Assembly: GCA_963666345.1 (NCBI GenBank)
Contig: OY762721.1
Location: 2,304,001-2,368,000, forward strand
DNA length: 64,000 nucleotides
Reading direction: 5' to 3'
DNA from: Desulfatiglandales bacterium
Lineage (GTDB): Bacteria; Desulfobacterota; DSM-4660; Desulfatiglandales; Desulfatiglandaceae
In this document: one piece after another, positions 20,257 to 31,386 of the stretch
How the letters are laid out: each line of letters starts with the position of its first letter
How positions within the stretch are numbered: position 1 is the first letter of the stretch
Made by a program: the position numbers and the translations under genes
The notes under the pieces: generated by a model
Told to the model about the DNA's origin: nothing
What the model saw: only the letters and a program-made list of their open reading frames with translations
Databases searched by the model: none

Positions 20257-20407
20257 GCTGGGGTCCTCCTTTTTGGGGATAGAAGTAAAATTTTCATAAA
20301 ACACAGAAAAAACGGCCTTTGATTCGCTTTTCCGTGTGTTTCTAATGAGGATTTTTTTAAAAGGGCCAGATCCTGTTTGTCCAATTTTGGCAATTCTTCT
20401 GAAAATA

Positions 20408-20434
20408 ATATCGACGGATTAATAAAAAACTTTA
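20408..20434 (-). promoter_or_regulatory. sigma28 promoter of the MCP
   Basis: Minus strand TAAAGTTT-N11-GTCGATAT. Confidence 0.75.
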
Positions 20435-20723
20435 GCATTAAATGATGTCATTAAAGATATAAGGCCCGCAGGGTTGCTATAAAGAAGAAAAGTGATAGGC
20501 AGGACAGCCATTGCCAGGTTGAATGCCTAGGCAGTTAAACACTTAAGTATATAGGTGAAAGGATCTATTTGAATCGACCGGGAAAGGAAAGTGTATTCGG
20601 CTCGGCAGAATCCCTTGAGAGCCGGACAATCGGACGGTTATTGATATGAAAAAACGGGTGGAGACGATGCCCCATAAGTAATGGAGTGCCATAGTCCCGA
20701 CACTGCTTTGTGAGCCGGGAGAA

Positions 20724-21149
20724 GGCCATTCCGAGTATGTAGTTTGTATTCAGTTCAGTCCCGAATGATGGCGCTTTTTCTATCTCTTCGCCTTTTATGT
20801 TGAGAACTTCGGATACGGAATCGACCACGATACCCATCTGTATAGTGCCGTTTTGACCTTCGATTTCTACAACGATGATGCAGGTGCGTTCGGTATAATC
20901 GATCTGTTCCAGACCGAAGCGCAGGCGCAGATCAACAACGGGAATCACCTTTCCCCTGAGGTTTATCACCCCTTTCATGAATTAGGGGGTCCTGGGAACC
21001 GGGGTAATAGGCATGAGTCCTATGATCTCCTTTACCTTTAAAATCCCTATACCGTACTCTTCGTCGGAGAGGGCGAATGCAAGGTATTTACCCTCCTTGT
21101 CGGTTGCTAAATCCAGCCTCTGCCCGGTATTTTCTGCTGATTGAGTCAT
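20724..21149 (-). pseudogene. cheW: cheW pseudogene (internal stop and lost C-terminus)
   Basis: ATG 21149 MTQSAEN...[45 protein letters not shown] (TAA at 20982-20984). CheW similarity ends after YILGMA near 20724; the usual ILLD strand is absent. Confidence 0.85.
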
Positions 21150-21240
21150 TTTTTCGCCTCTCTGTTTAAGAATGGAAAAGGCCTTTTAAATATTCTTCAG
21201 GTTGTCTGCCTGCTTTTTAGCTTTCCTAATACGGGCGAAG

Positions 21241-21341
21241 GTAAATCCCCGCCTCTAGGCGAAGACCTCAGTTTGAGGTTCTGGCCTGAAGGAGTTAACC
21301 CGGGTGAGATATCTTCACTCGGGTCCTTTAATCCTCAAACT
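21241..21341 (+). mobile_element. Probable IS200/IS605-family left-end remnant without transposase
   Basis: GTAAATCCCCGCCTCTAGGCGAAGACC subterminal hairpin plus nested long stem (AGTTTGAGG/CCTCAAACT; ACCCGGGTGA/TCACTCGGGT). Family recalled from memory, not searched. Confidence 0.55.
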
Positions 21342-21553
21342 ATCTGGTTCAGCCGATATTTGCAGCTCCTGGATATGCCTTGATAATCATTTTTTAAATA
21401 GGCAAAAGAGGAATGATTGAAGGCTGGAGTAGGAAAAATTTGCCCGGTTGATTCCTGATCAGCCCCCCGTAAAACCAGAAAAGACCTTCCTTTTAGTTCC
21501 AGGGATCCGGACTCTTTTTAAGTCACGGATGAAAATATATGGCCGGGAACATC

Positions 21554-21569
21554 TGGCACATATTATGCT
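21554..21569 (+). promoter_or_regulatory. sigma54 promoter of the uncharacterised gene
   Basis: TGGCACATATTATGCT. Confidence 0.7.
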
Positions 21570-21891
21570 TAAATCAAGGTGGCATGTTTACTCAACTTGG
21601 GTTCCCCGTCGAACCCTTGGATGATTACATTAGTATCCCCTATCATGGTTCGGTTTATGGATCGGAAGCCGCAAACGCTCCCCTGTATCCTTTTCTCAAG
21701 CTGGATTGCGGAAGGGCTGAAGGTTTCATGGTTACAGTAGCCTTAAGGTTAAGGTGAAAAGATCGATTTACAGGGACCGGCAAAGGACACCCGGACCGAA
21801 TAGAAAACCATTTCCCTTACCCGCTTTCGGCGCAGGGGGCAGGGACAAACAGACGGCCGATAATACAACATTAGAACCGGAGGAAGGAAAC

Positions 21892-22983
21892 GTGTCGAGT
21901 CTGAATCCTAATGTCCAATGTCAGTATATCAGGACGGTCCAGGCCGCCATGACCGGGGCGGGTGGTAAAACAGGTGTTTCCGGGAGCGGGGAGCGGCGAT
22001 TTGAGTCCTTCCTCATTGAAGAGATTTTTCCCAATATTGACAAGCCTTGCAACTGCCAGACTAGTGTGCCGGTGTCCAGGGGAAACCTGTTTCACGGTAT
22101 ATCCCCGGTATCTCCGAAAAAAGACGTGCTTTCCGTTTATGAAAAAAAGGGGGAAGAGCAGAGCGAATGGCAGAAATATGCGGATGATCAGCTCTTAAGC
22201 AATCCGGGGGGAGACCGCTATTATCTGGAAGAAAAGAAGGTCCTTGATAATGGTAAGGGCGGGGAGTCTTTCTGGGGGAGGGTTTCCAAGGATATATGTG
22301 ATGCGGTGTCGAATGTGAAAAATGTCTTTAGGAATGTTTTTTTCGGGGCAAAGAGGTTTTACCGGGGCGATGGAAATCGAATAAAAGAGGCAAAACAACG
22401 AGGCCTTGTAGGCTCTGTTTGTGATTGTGTCAAAAATATTGCACGTGCATTTTCCTTCGGCAGCTGGAGGTCCGCCGGGGAGGTCGAGCCCAAAGGATTT
22501 GCCGGAAAGGTAGGGTTCATGTTTTCAAAGATGAAAAAGGCGCTTTTCGGCGACATTGTCCAGGGGGTGGGAGGAAGCAGCGTGCATATAGGCGAGGACC
22601 TCCTGCTTGCAGGGTGGAATCTCATTGAGACGATGCCTGATGCCACTATTGGAAATTTCAAAAAAGGGAGGGATCTTACCACGTCCGTGTTTGATAACGG
22701 GCAGGTGGTAATAGACTACATAACGGATGTTGTTCCAACCGGTGAGGCATGGCTCAGAGTGCATGCCTCCGAGTTGAGCCATATAAGCGATATAAAGGCC
22801 CCTGTCCTGTATAACCTGAAAATGCCGGAGCGTTATTCAGGGGATGTAAGATGGCGATATGTAAGAAACACCCCTTTTAGAAAAACTATTGAGACGATAG
22901 GTTCCCTGGTAGCTGACTCGTTTACACTGAAACGGCTGGGAGACCTGAGACTGTTGAGTGAAAAACGGCGTGAGAAGAATTGA
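21892..22983 (+). CDS. Uncharacterised protein (about 363 aa; up to 409 aa from 21754)
   Basis: Long ORF; GGAGGAAGG before GTG 21892; no family recognised. Confidence 0.75.
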   Translation: MSSLNPNVQCQYIRTVQAAMTGAGGKTGVSGSGERRFESFLIEEIFPNIDKPCNCQTSVPVSRGNLFHGISPVSPKKDVLSVYEKKGEEQSEWQKYADDQLLSNPGGDRYYLEEKKVLDNGKGGESFWGRVSKDICDAVSNVKNVFRNVFFGAKRFYRGDGNRIKEAKQRGLVGSVCDCVKNIARAFSFGSWRSAGEVEPKGFAGKVGFMFSKMKKALFGDIVQGVGGSSVHIGEDLLLAGWNLIETMPDATIGNFKKGRDLTTSVFDNGQVVIDYITDVVPTGEAWLRVHASELSHISDIKAPVLYNLKMPERYSGDVRWRYVRNTPFRKTIETIGSLVADSFTLKRLGDLRLLSEKRREKN

Positions 22984-23106
22984 AAGATCGTCCCGGATGC
23001 CTGGGCTTTTTGTTGAAGCATTCCGCCGCAGTTTTCTCGATTTTGTAAATCTTCACCCGCATCAATATCTGTTTTGGGCGGGGTCCTGAAAAGACAAGAA
23101 AGCAAA

Positions 23107-23120
23107 GTCAAAGTTTTGAC
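23107..23120. promoter_or_regulatory. FleQ/FlrA-type activator box
   Basis: GTCAAAGTTTTGAC, about 115 bp upstream of a sigma54 promoter. Confidence 0.6.
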
Positions 23121-23233
23121 GCTTTTACATGGGGATGACCCGGGGTTCCCCGGCTCTGATCAGAAAAAAGTCCCTCAATGATACCTGTGGCGGCCTACGG
23201 CGCTCTCTAAAAGGGGTGGGAATCTTCGGATGC

Positions 23234-23249
23234 TGGTATGACAATTGCA
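23234..23249 (+). promoter_or_regulatory. sigma54 promoter of pilZ-che operon
   Basis: TGGTATGACAATTGCA. Confidence 0.7.
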
Positions 23250-23337
23250 AGTTATTCCCTCTAATCAATATTCACCCAGGCCTTTTCCCAGGGAAGAAGG
23301 CTATGAGTAGCATACCCGCTTTTCGCAGGAGGAAGGT

Positions 23338-23922
23338 GTGATTGAAATAGAATCCAATGACCAGCGTTCTTTTGTTAGGGCCAACCTGTCCTTTAAAGTC
23401 AGATTCAAGGTCCTGACCCGGGATGAATACGAGGAGGTTAGGGAACCCGGCAATAAATTCCTGTCTCCGGATGAGAAAAAACTAATTTTTGAGAGTAATG
23501 ATGCCGATGAGAAGTTCAACGGTATTGCAGCAAATCAATGCCTTGTGGATTTTTTATTTCATATAGATGAGAAATTGGATCTCATACTGGCTGCATTATC
23601 AAAGGATGATCCGGATATTGCCCTTTTTAATGAAGGAGCCGGAGTCGATATCGGAGCCTCAGGGATGAAAATTTTGGTGGATCGCCCTGTTGATCCGGGG
23701 CTGTTTGTTCACCTGAACCTCATCCTTTCAAGATCCCCTCTCACGTTTATTGATGTGTTCGGTGAAGTTGTCAGGTCGGAGCCTGTAGGTGAGCTAGATA
23801 ATCCTTTGTATAAACTCGGCATAAAATTTCTCGATCTTGGCATAAATGATAGGGAAAAGATTATTTCCTGTGTATTTCAAAGACAGAGAGAGGTCATAAG
23901 GAGTGCCAATAAAGAAAGGTAA
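23338..23922 (+). CDS. PilZ domain protein
   Basis: QRSFVR (RxxxR), DIGASG (DxSxxG-like), GEVVR, LGIKF...DREKII...QRE. Confidence 0.85.
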   Translation: MIEIESNDQRSFVRANLSFKVRFKVLTRDEYEEVREPGNKFLSPDEKKLIFESNDADEKFNGIAANQCLVDFLFHIDEKLDLILAALSKDDPDIALFNEGAGVDIGASGMKILVDRPVDPGLFVHLNLILSRSPLTFIDVFGEVVRSEPVGELDNPLYKLGIKFLDLGINDREKIISCVFQRQREVIRSANKER

Positions 23923-24039
23923 GCAAAGGCGCAGGCATTCAGAGGCCCAGAGTTGTTTCTGGATCTCCCTGCTTAACCATCGGAGCCGATAACAGCCGGC
24001 TTTTGTCATGAGAACAATTAGATATAGGGCTTTTTTTAG

Positions 24040-24873
24040 ATGCAGGAACCGGTATTGAGGGAGCGCGATTTCAATAAGTTTAGCCGCTATGTTTACGATA
24101 CGTGTGGGATCAATCTGCATGGAGGTAAAAAACAGTTACTAAAGGCAAGACTTGGCAAAATTCTTCGGCAGAAGGATTTGCGGTCTTTCAGCCAATATTA
24201 CGACCACGTGGTAAATGACAAAAGCGGAAATGAGTTGATATTACTTCTTGATTCCATTTCAACGAACCTAACCTATTTTTTCAGGGAGCCTGCGCATTTT
24301 GAATTTTTAAGAAAAAAGGCCTTGCCTGAAATAATGAAAAGGAAAAATGCGCTAGGAAACAATTGCCTGAGGTTCTGGAGTGCGGGATGTTCTTCAGGAG
24401 AAGAACCATACAGTATCGCCATCACCGTTAACGAAGCACTGGATGATCGGAGAAAGTGGCAGATCAAGGTTTTGGCAACCGATCTGTCAACCAGGGTGCT
24501 GGCAACAGCCGGTTCCGGAGTTTATGAGAAAAAGAAGATCGAAAAGATACCATATGAGTTGAAAAAAGGATATTTCCAGAAAGGTGACAATAAATGGAAG
24601 GGCTATTTCAGAGTAAAAAAGCAGATTAGAGAAAAGATATGTTTCCAGAGGTTGAATTTCAGGGAAAATTTCTGTTTTAAAGAGCCTTTTGATGTCATCT
24701 TTTGTCGAAATGTCATGATCTATTTTGATAGTCAGACAAAAGAGGTATTGGTGGAAAAATTTTTTCGGCATATATCCGAGGGCGGGTATTTATTTATAGG
24801 GCATGCGGAAAGTCTGTCCGGACTGAAACATCCGTTCAAGTATATTCAACCAAGTATTTATCAGAAGATCTGA
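24040..24873 (+). CDS. cheR: Chemotaxis methyltransferase
   Basis: STNLTYFFRE, WSAGCSSGEEPYS, ATD, IFCRNVMIYF and GHAES motifs. Confidence 0.97.
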   Translation: MQEPVLRERDFNKFSRYVYDTCGINLHGGKKQLLKARLGKILRQKDLRSFSQYYDHVVNDKSGNELILLLDSISTNLTYFFREPAHFEFLRKKALPEIMKRKNALGNNCLRFWSAGCSSGEEPYSIAITVNEALDDRRKWQIKVLATDLSTRVLATAGSGVYEKKKIEKIPYELKKGYFQKGDNKWKGYFRVKKQIREKICFQRLNFRENFCFKEPFDVIFCRNVMIYFDSQTKEVLVEKFFRHISEGGYLFIGHAESLSGLKHPFKYIQPSIYQKI

Positions 24874-24912
24874 TTGCGACTCTGAACCTGTGAAAAAAAA
24901 GGCAACTTTATT

Positions 24913-27171
24913 ATGGAAATATCGTTAAAGAAAATTACCGAATTTATCGATTCTCTTGCCCTTGACACTGTCATGCTGGATCCGGGAGATATCCCGGGAC
25001 TTGGTGCGGCCCTGAAATCCCTTGAATCCGTAGCGGATTTGGCCGGGGAAATCGGTGAAAAATCCCTGATATCCGTAACGGTCGGGATGAAAGGATACCT
25101 GGAAAGGGTTGTTCTGCGAGAGACTTCGGATTTGTCACCTTTTGAGGCAGGTGTATCTGAACTGCAGAAAATGTGCCGGGATCTGTGCAACGGAAACAAA
25201 CCTGATAAGGATGTTTCTTTACTTCTCAAGAGCCTTGGTTATGAACAAACAAAGGCCCATGCCATCTCTTCGAATCAGGGAAAACGAACGGATAATGAGG
25301 TGGAAGACAATTACGAACTGGCTGATGCAACTGAAAAAAGCGGCACCAGCGGGAAAGAGGAGGGGCTTCCGGCCAAATTAAGTGATGAGGACAAGGAGAT
25401 TATAGCTGATTTTGTGAGCGAGTCCTTAGAAAACCTGGGAACAATTGAAGTCAGATTGATGGATCTTGAACAGGATCCTTCTGATGTCGAGACAATAAAT
25501 GCGATATTTAGGCCTTTTCATACGGTCAAAGGTGTATCCGGCTTCCTCAATTTCAATAAGATCAATAAACTGGCTCATATATCTGAAAATCTTTTGGATA
25601 AGGCAAGAAATGGAGAGCTTTCCATAGATGGGGAAATCGTAGACGTCATACTCGAAAGCGTGGATATGCTGAAGGGCATGATTGAAAATGTCCGGGCGTC
25701 TCTTGATGCCGGAATTCCATTAGAAGGGGATGCGGACATTTCACAGCTTACCACCAGGATTGAGCGCCTTCTTTCAAAGGCCGAAGAGGTTGGAGATAAG
25801 CCATTAGGTGAGATCTTGGTTGAAAAGAAGGCGGTTTCCGAAGCTGATGTTATAGAGGCCCTTGATGCTCAAAAGGAAGAGGACGGCAAGAGAATCGGCG
25901 AGGTATTGATAGCCCGGAAAAAGGTTGAAACCAAAGATGTTCTATCCGCTCTTAGGGAACAGAAAAAAATCAGCCAGCCGGCCACCCTGCATGTCAAAGT
26001 GGATACGAACAAGCTTGATAATATGGTGGACATGGTTGGAGAACTGGCAATCGCCCAGTCAATGCTCAGGCAGAATGGATTAATCGTTTCAAGCAGGGAC
26101 AGAAGTCTGGATCAAACAGTCAATCAGTTGAACCAGCTTGTTAGCGGATTACAGAAAACGGCCATGTCACTCAGGATGGTGCCGATAAAGAACAGTTTTC
26201 AAAAGATGTTACGGCTTGTAAGGGATCTGGCAAAAAAGGCGGGTAAGGAAGTGCGGCTTGTCATGTCAGGTGAAGACACAGAGATAGACAGAAACATGGT
26301 TGAAGAAATATATGATCCGATAGTCCATATGATAAGAAACTCAATAGACCATGGACTTGAGCCGCCTGAGGAAAGGGAGGCCGCCGACAAACCTGGGCAG
26401 GGCGCCATTTATCTAGAGGCATATCACAAGGGTGGCGATATCGTAATAGAAATAGAGGATGACGGGCGGGGTCTGAACAGGAAAAAAATACTGGAAAAGG
26501 CCGTATCCGGCGGTTTGATAATGGAAGACGATAATTTGACCGATGAAGAGATATATAACCTCATATTTCATCCGGGCCTTTCTACTGCGGAAAAGATAAC
26601 CGATATATCAGGCAGGGGTGTGGGCATGGATGTAGTAAAAAGCAGGATTGTTGAAAAACTCAGGGGGCGGGTCGATGTGCAGTCAATTGAAGGAAAAGGT
26701 TCAACGTTTTATATCAGGCTGCCTCTTACCCTGGCGATAATCGACGGGATGATCGTAAAGGTCGGCATCGAGAGATATGTTATTCCCACTTTGGCTATCC
26801 AGGAGTCTTTCAGACCTGAAAAAAAAGACTGCCACACCGTAAAAGGAAAGGGAGAGGTGATCATGTTCAGGGATCATTTAGTCCCCTTAATCAGGCTGAA
26901 TCGGCTATTCGGGCTAAACGGAAGGTCCCGTTCAGATGAAATGGACTGCCCTGCATGGAAGAAATTAGTGGTTGTTGTAGAAAACCGGGGAAAAAGAAGA
27001 TGTCTGCTCATAGATGAATTAATCGGCCAAGACGAGATAGTCATCAAAAGTCTCGGTGGAGAACTTAAACATACAAAAGGGATAGCCGGTGCGGCAATCA
27101 TGGGTGACGGCACTGTAGGACTTATCCTCGATATCTCAGGGGTTTTCAGTATGTTTTCAGAGGAATCATGA
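24913..27171 (+). CDS. cheA: Chemotaxis histidine kinase (extra N-terminal helical domain; MshEN-like module instead of P2)
   Basis: IFRPFHTVKG (P1), LDNMVDMVGEL (P3), RNSIDHG and SGRGVGMDVV (P4), LPLTLAI plus CheW-like P5. Confidence 0.97.
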   Translation: MEISLKKITEFIDSLALDTVMLDPGDIPGLGAALKSLESVADLAGEIGEKSLISVTVGMKGYLERVVLRETSDLSPFEAGVSELQKMCRDLCNGNKPDKDVSLLLKSLGYEQTKAHAISSNQGKRTDNEVEDNYELADATEKSGTSGKEEGLPAKLSDEDKEIIADFVSESLENLGTIEVRLMDLEQDPSDVETINAIFRPFHTVKGVSGFLNFNKINKLAHISENLLDKARNGELSIDGEIVDVILESVDMLKGMIENVRASLDAGIPLEGDADISQLTTRIERLLSKAEEVGDKPLGEILVEKKAVSEADVIEALDAQKEEDGKRIGEVLIARKKVETKDVLSALREQKKISQPATLHVKVDTNKLDNMVDMVGELAIAQSMLRQNGLIVSSRDRSLDQTVNQLNQLVSGLQKTAMSLRMVPIKNSFQKMLRLVRDLAKKAGKEVRLVMSGEDTEIDRNMVEEIYDPIVHMIRNSIDHGLEPPEEREAADKPGQGAIYLEAYHKGGDIVIEIEDDGRGLNRKKILEKAVSGGLIMEDDNLTDEEIYNLIFHPGLSTAEKITDISGRGVGMDVVKSRIVEKLRGRVDVQSIEGKGSTFYIRLPLTLAIIDGMIVKVGIERYVIPTLAIQESFRPEKKDCHTVKGKGEVIMFRDHLVPLIRLNRLFGLNGRSRSDEMDCPAWKKLVVVVENRGKRRCLLIDELIGQDEIVIKSLGGELKHTKGIAGAAIMGDGTVGLILDISGVFSMFSEES

Positions 27172-27650
27172 TAACTCAGGTCGTTGGTGTGGGAGATATG
27201 AAGGTGAGTAATGACCCTGAATCCACCCTGGTTACTTACTCCTTAGGTTCGTGCATCGGTCTTTCCATATATGACCCTGTGGCAAGGGTCGGTGGACTGC
27301 TTCACTACATGCTCCCTGAATCCAGACTGGATGTGCAAAAGGCCAGAAATAACCCTTATATGTTCGGGGATACCGGCATCCCTCTCCTTTTTAAAGAGGC
27401 CTATAAATTTGGAGCAAAAAAGAATCGTGTCAAGATCATTGTGGTGGGCGGGGCTCAAATTCTTGACCAACAGGGCCTCTTTAATATCGGCAAGAGAAAC
27501 CATACAATCCTGAGAAAGATGTTATGGAAAAACAATGCCATGATTGATTTTGAGGATGTCGGTGGTTCGGTCAACAGGACCTTGAAATTAGAGATCAGCT
27601 CCGGTCAGGCATGGTTAAAGGTATCCGGCTCCGGGATGAAAAAGATATGA
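27168..27650 (+). CDS. cheD: Chemoreceptor glutamine deamidase
   Basis: LGSCIG, GGLLHYMLP, GGA, IGKRN and DVGG motifs. Confidence 0.95.
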   Translation: MITQVVGVGDMKVSNDPESTLVTYSLGSCIGLSIYDPVARVGGLLHYMLPESRLDVQKARNNPYMFGDTGIPLLFKEAYKFGAKKNRVKIIVVGGAQILDQQGLFNIGKRNHTILRKMLWKNNAMIDFEDVGGSVNRTLKLEISSGQAWLKVSGSGMKKI

Positions 27651-28501
27651 CAGAAATTGACAGAATAATTGAGCAAATAGACAGTTTAAAGCCGGTTTCC
27701 CGCATTGGCGACAAGATAATGGAGCTCACTTCCGATCCTGAAAGCTCCCTGTCGGAGCTTGTTGATATAATCAAATATGACCAGGGCATGACCGTCAATC
27801 TTTTAAGGATATGTAATTCCGCCTACTTCGGCCTTGCAAAGGAAATAGTGTCAATCAACCAGGCAGTGGCGTTTCTGGGGATAGACAAGGTGGCCTCTTT
27901 CATCATGATGGGCGATAGCTCCGATAACTTCAGGCAGGCCCAGACAGGTTACGACCTTACCGAAGGAGAGCTATGGAGATACTCGGTGTCTTCCGCGCTC
28001 ATGTCTCAGGATCTGGCAGAAAAAAGACACCTGGATAATATCTCCCTCATATTTACCTCCGCTCTTGTAAAAGATATAGGTAAGGTCATCTTGAACACTT
28101 ATGTAAAAGATTCTTTTGAGGCTATCAATGAGGCGGTTCGAAACAAGGGCCTTACTTTTATAGATGCTGAAAAAGAGGTGATAGGCATTGACCACGCAGA
28201 GCTGGGGGCAAGAGTAGCCGAAAAGTGGAACTTTAGCCCTGCCATGGTGAATGTCATCAGAAACCACCACCATCCTGAAAAGGCAGGGTCTGATGATTTG
28301 TCCATCCCTATTGTTTACCTGGCTGATTGCATCTGCATGATGATGGGTAGAGGTGTGGGCTCTGACGGGCTTGCCTACAAGTATTATCAGGATGTTCTGG
28401 ACCGGTTGCATTTCTCTGATATAGATCTTCAGAAGACAATGGCCTGTTTCACTGAAAAGTTTGAGGATATTGAAGAGCTGATAAGTTTATCAGGAGGATA
28501 G
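27647..28501 (+). CDS. HDOD domain protein with degenerate HD site
   Basis: LLRICNSAYFG, LWRYS, LVKDIGK, DHAELG and HHHP; ATGA overlap with cheD. Confidence 0.9.
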   Translation: MTEIDRIIEQIDSLKPVSRIGDKIMELTSDPESSLSELVDIIKYDQGMTVNLLRICNSAYFGLAKEIVSINQAVAFLGIDKVASFIMMGDSSDNFRQAQTGYDLTEGELWRYSVSSALMSQDLAEKRHLDNISLIFTSALVKDIGKVILNTYVKDSFEAINEAVRNKGLTFIDAEKEVIGIDHAELGARVAEKWNFSPAMVNVIRNHHHPEKAGSDDLSIPIVYLADCICMMMGRGVGSDGLAYKYYQDVLDRLHFSDIDLQKTMACFTEKFEDIEELISLSGG

Positions 28502-28886
28502 TGGAAAATGGCATTTAATGTCTTGATAGTGGATGACTCTTCCTCAATGAGGGCTGTCATAAAAAAGATAATTAAGGCATCAGGTTTTGGAGTCGGGGAG
28601 TTTCTGACGGCTGCCGATGGTAAAGAGGCGCTCAAAATGCTGGCGGATGAATGGGTGGATCTTGTCTTAACGGATATAAACATGCCCAATATGGACGGTA
28701 TGGAACTGATAGCCGAGATGAAGAAGGATAATCTGCTGAGCGGTATCCCGGTTGTTATGGTTACAACCGAAGGAAGTGATAAAAAGATGCAGGAGGCCCT
28801 GGACATTGGTGCAAGCGGTTATGTAACAAAACCATTCCTGCCGGAGGAAATAAAAAGGACATTAAGCCGCATAATGGGGGAGGAAG

Positions 28887-30406
<1,520 letters not shown>

Positions 30407-30600
30407 ACTGAAAATTGTGTTCAGAGAAAATCTGAAACTCGAAACGTTGACCTAAAAATGCATGCCTTCGGTCAGACACTAATTGATGGATTTATAAAAG
30501 TGCATCAAACGCTTACAGGGGCGATGGAAAACGATCTTTTGCCGTGGAAAAAATTGTGGGGTGAGTTTTTGAGATGTCATAAATAGCCAGGAGCATAAAC

Positions 30601-31386
30601 ATGATAGAAAATCTTAGAAAAGAAATAAGTAGTATAGTTGATGGCAAACTTTCAAGTGATGAGATCGAACGATTGACGGACTATCTCAGGCAGGCAATGT
30701 CCAAATGCATGGAAGAGGATAATGAAGGTTTTTTCAGAAACCTTTCCACTGAAATGTCAGGAGGGGTAAAGGAACTGGCCTTGGTGCTCATTGATTTTAG
30801 AAGGAATTTCAAATCAAAAATTCATCCCAACATAACTGACATAGCGACAAAGTATATCCCTGAGGCCTCTGATCAGTTGGAGGGAATAATTGAGACAACC
30901 GAATCGGCTGCCAATAAAGTCATGGATAATCTGGAAAACATGGAGCGGAATATCGTGGGAATCAAGAAGATGTTTGATTCTCTTAGGAAGGGAGCAGCAG
31001 CCCCTGGTCAGGAAAGAGGCGCCCGTGAAGTCAAAATAGATGGAAAAACCGTAAAAGATATTACCCCGATTATCGAATACATGGATTCAAGCACAAAAGA
31101 ATATATGTCTTTGATATCCGATTCCTTTACCCAGATGAGTTTTCAAGACCTTACCGGCCAGAGGATTAGGCGCATTATAACACTGGTGAGTGAAATAGAG
31201 GAAAAAATTAAGAGCATGGTCATATCATTCGGCATTAAACTTAATGAAAAGGGGAAAAATCCGGATATTTCCCAGGACGAGCTGCAGAGGGTGGTGGATG
31301 AAAAGGTCGAGGAATTATCAGGTCCTCAAAGGCAGGGAGAGGGCCTTGATCAGGCAGGCATAGATGACCTTCTGGCCAGCCTCTGA
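30601..31386 (+). CDS. cheZ: CheZ-like phosphatase
   Basis: TESAANKVMD, SFQDLTGQRI (DxxxQ) and C-terminal DQAGIDDLLASL. Confidence 0.9.
   Translation: MIENLRKEISSIVDGKLSSDEIERLTDYLRQAMSKCMEEDNEGFFRNLSTEMSGGVKELALVLIDFRRNFKSKIHPNITDIATKYIPEASDQLEGIIETTESAANKVMDNLENMERNIVGIKKMFDSLRKGAAAPGQERGAREVKIDGKTVKDITPIIEYMDSSTKEYMSLISDSFTQMSFQDLTGQRIRRIITLVSEIEEKIKSMVISFGIKLNEKGKNPDISQDELQRVVDEKVEELSGPQRQGEGLDQAGIDDLLASL

Noticed and set aside
20565..20723. Possible riboswitch or gene fragment fused to the cheW 3' end
   Set aside because: No c-di-GMP-I/II consensus or recognisable peptide seen.
21539..21757. 72-aa ORF ahead of the unknown gene
   Set aside because: Its start overlaps the sigma54 promoter and it has no recognisable features.
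21856..21863. GCCGATAA before the unknown gene (also 23985 before cheR and GCCGATAT at 21352)
   Set aside because: No TAAAG-like -35 at 14-15 bp spacing.
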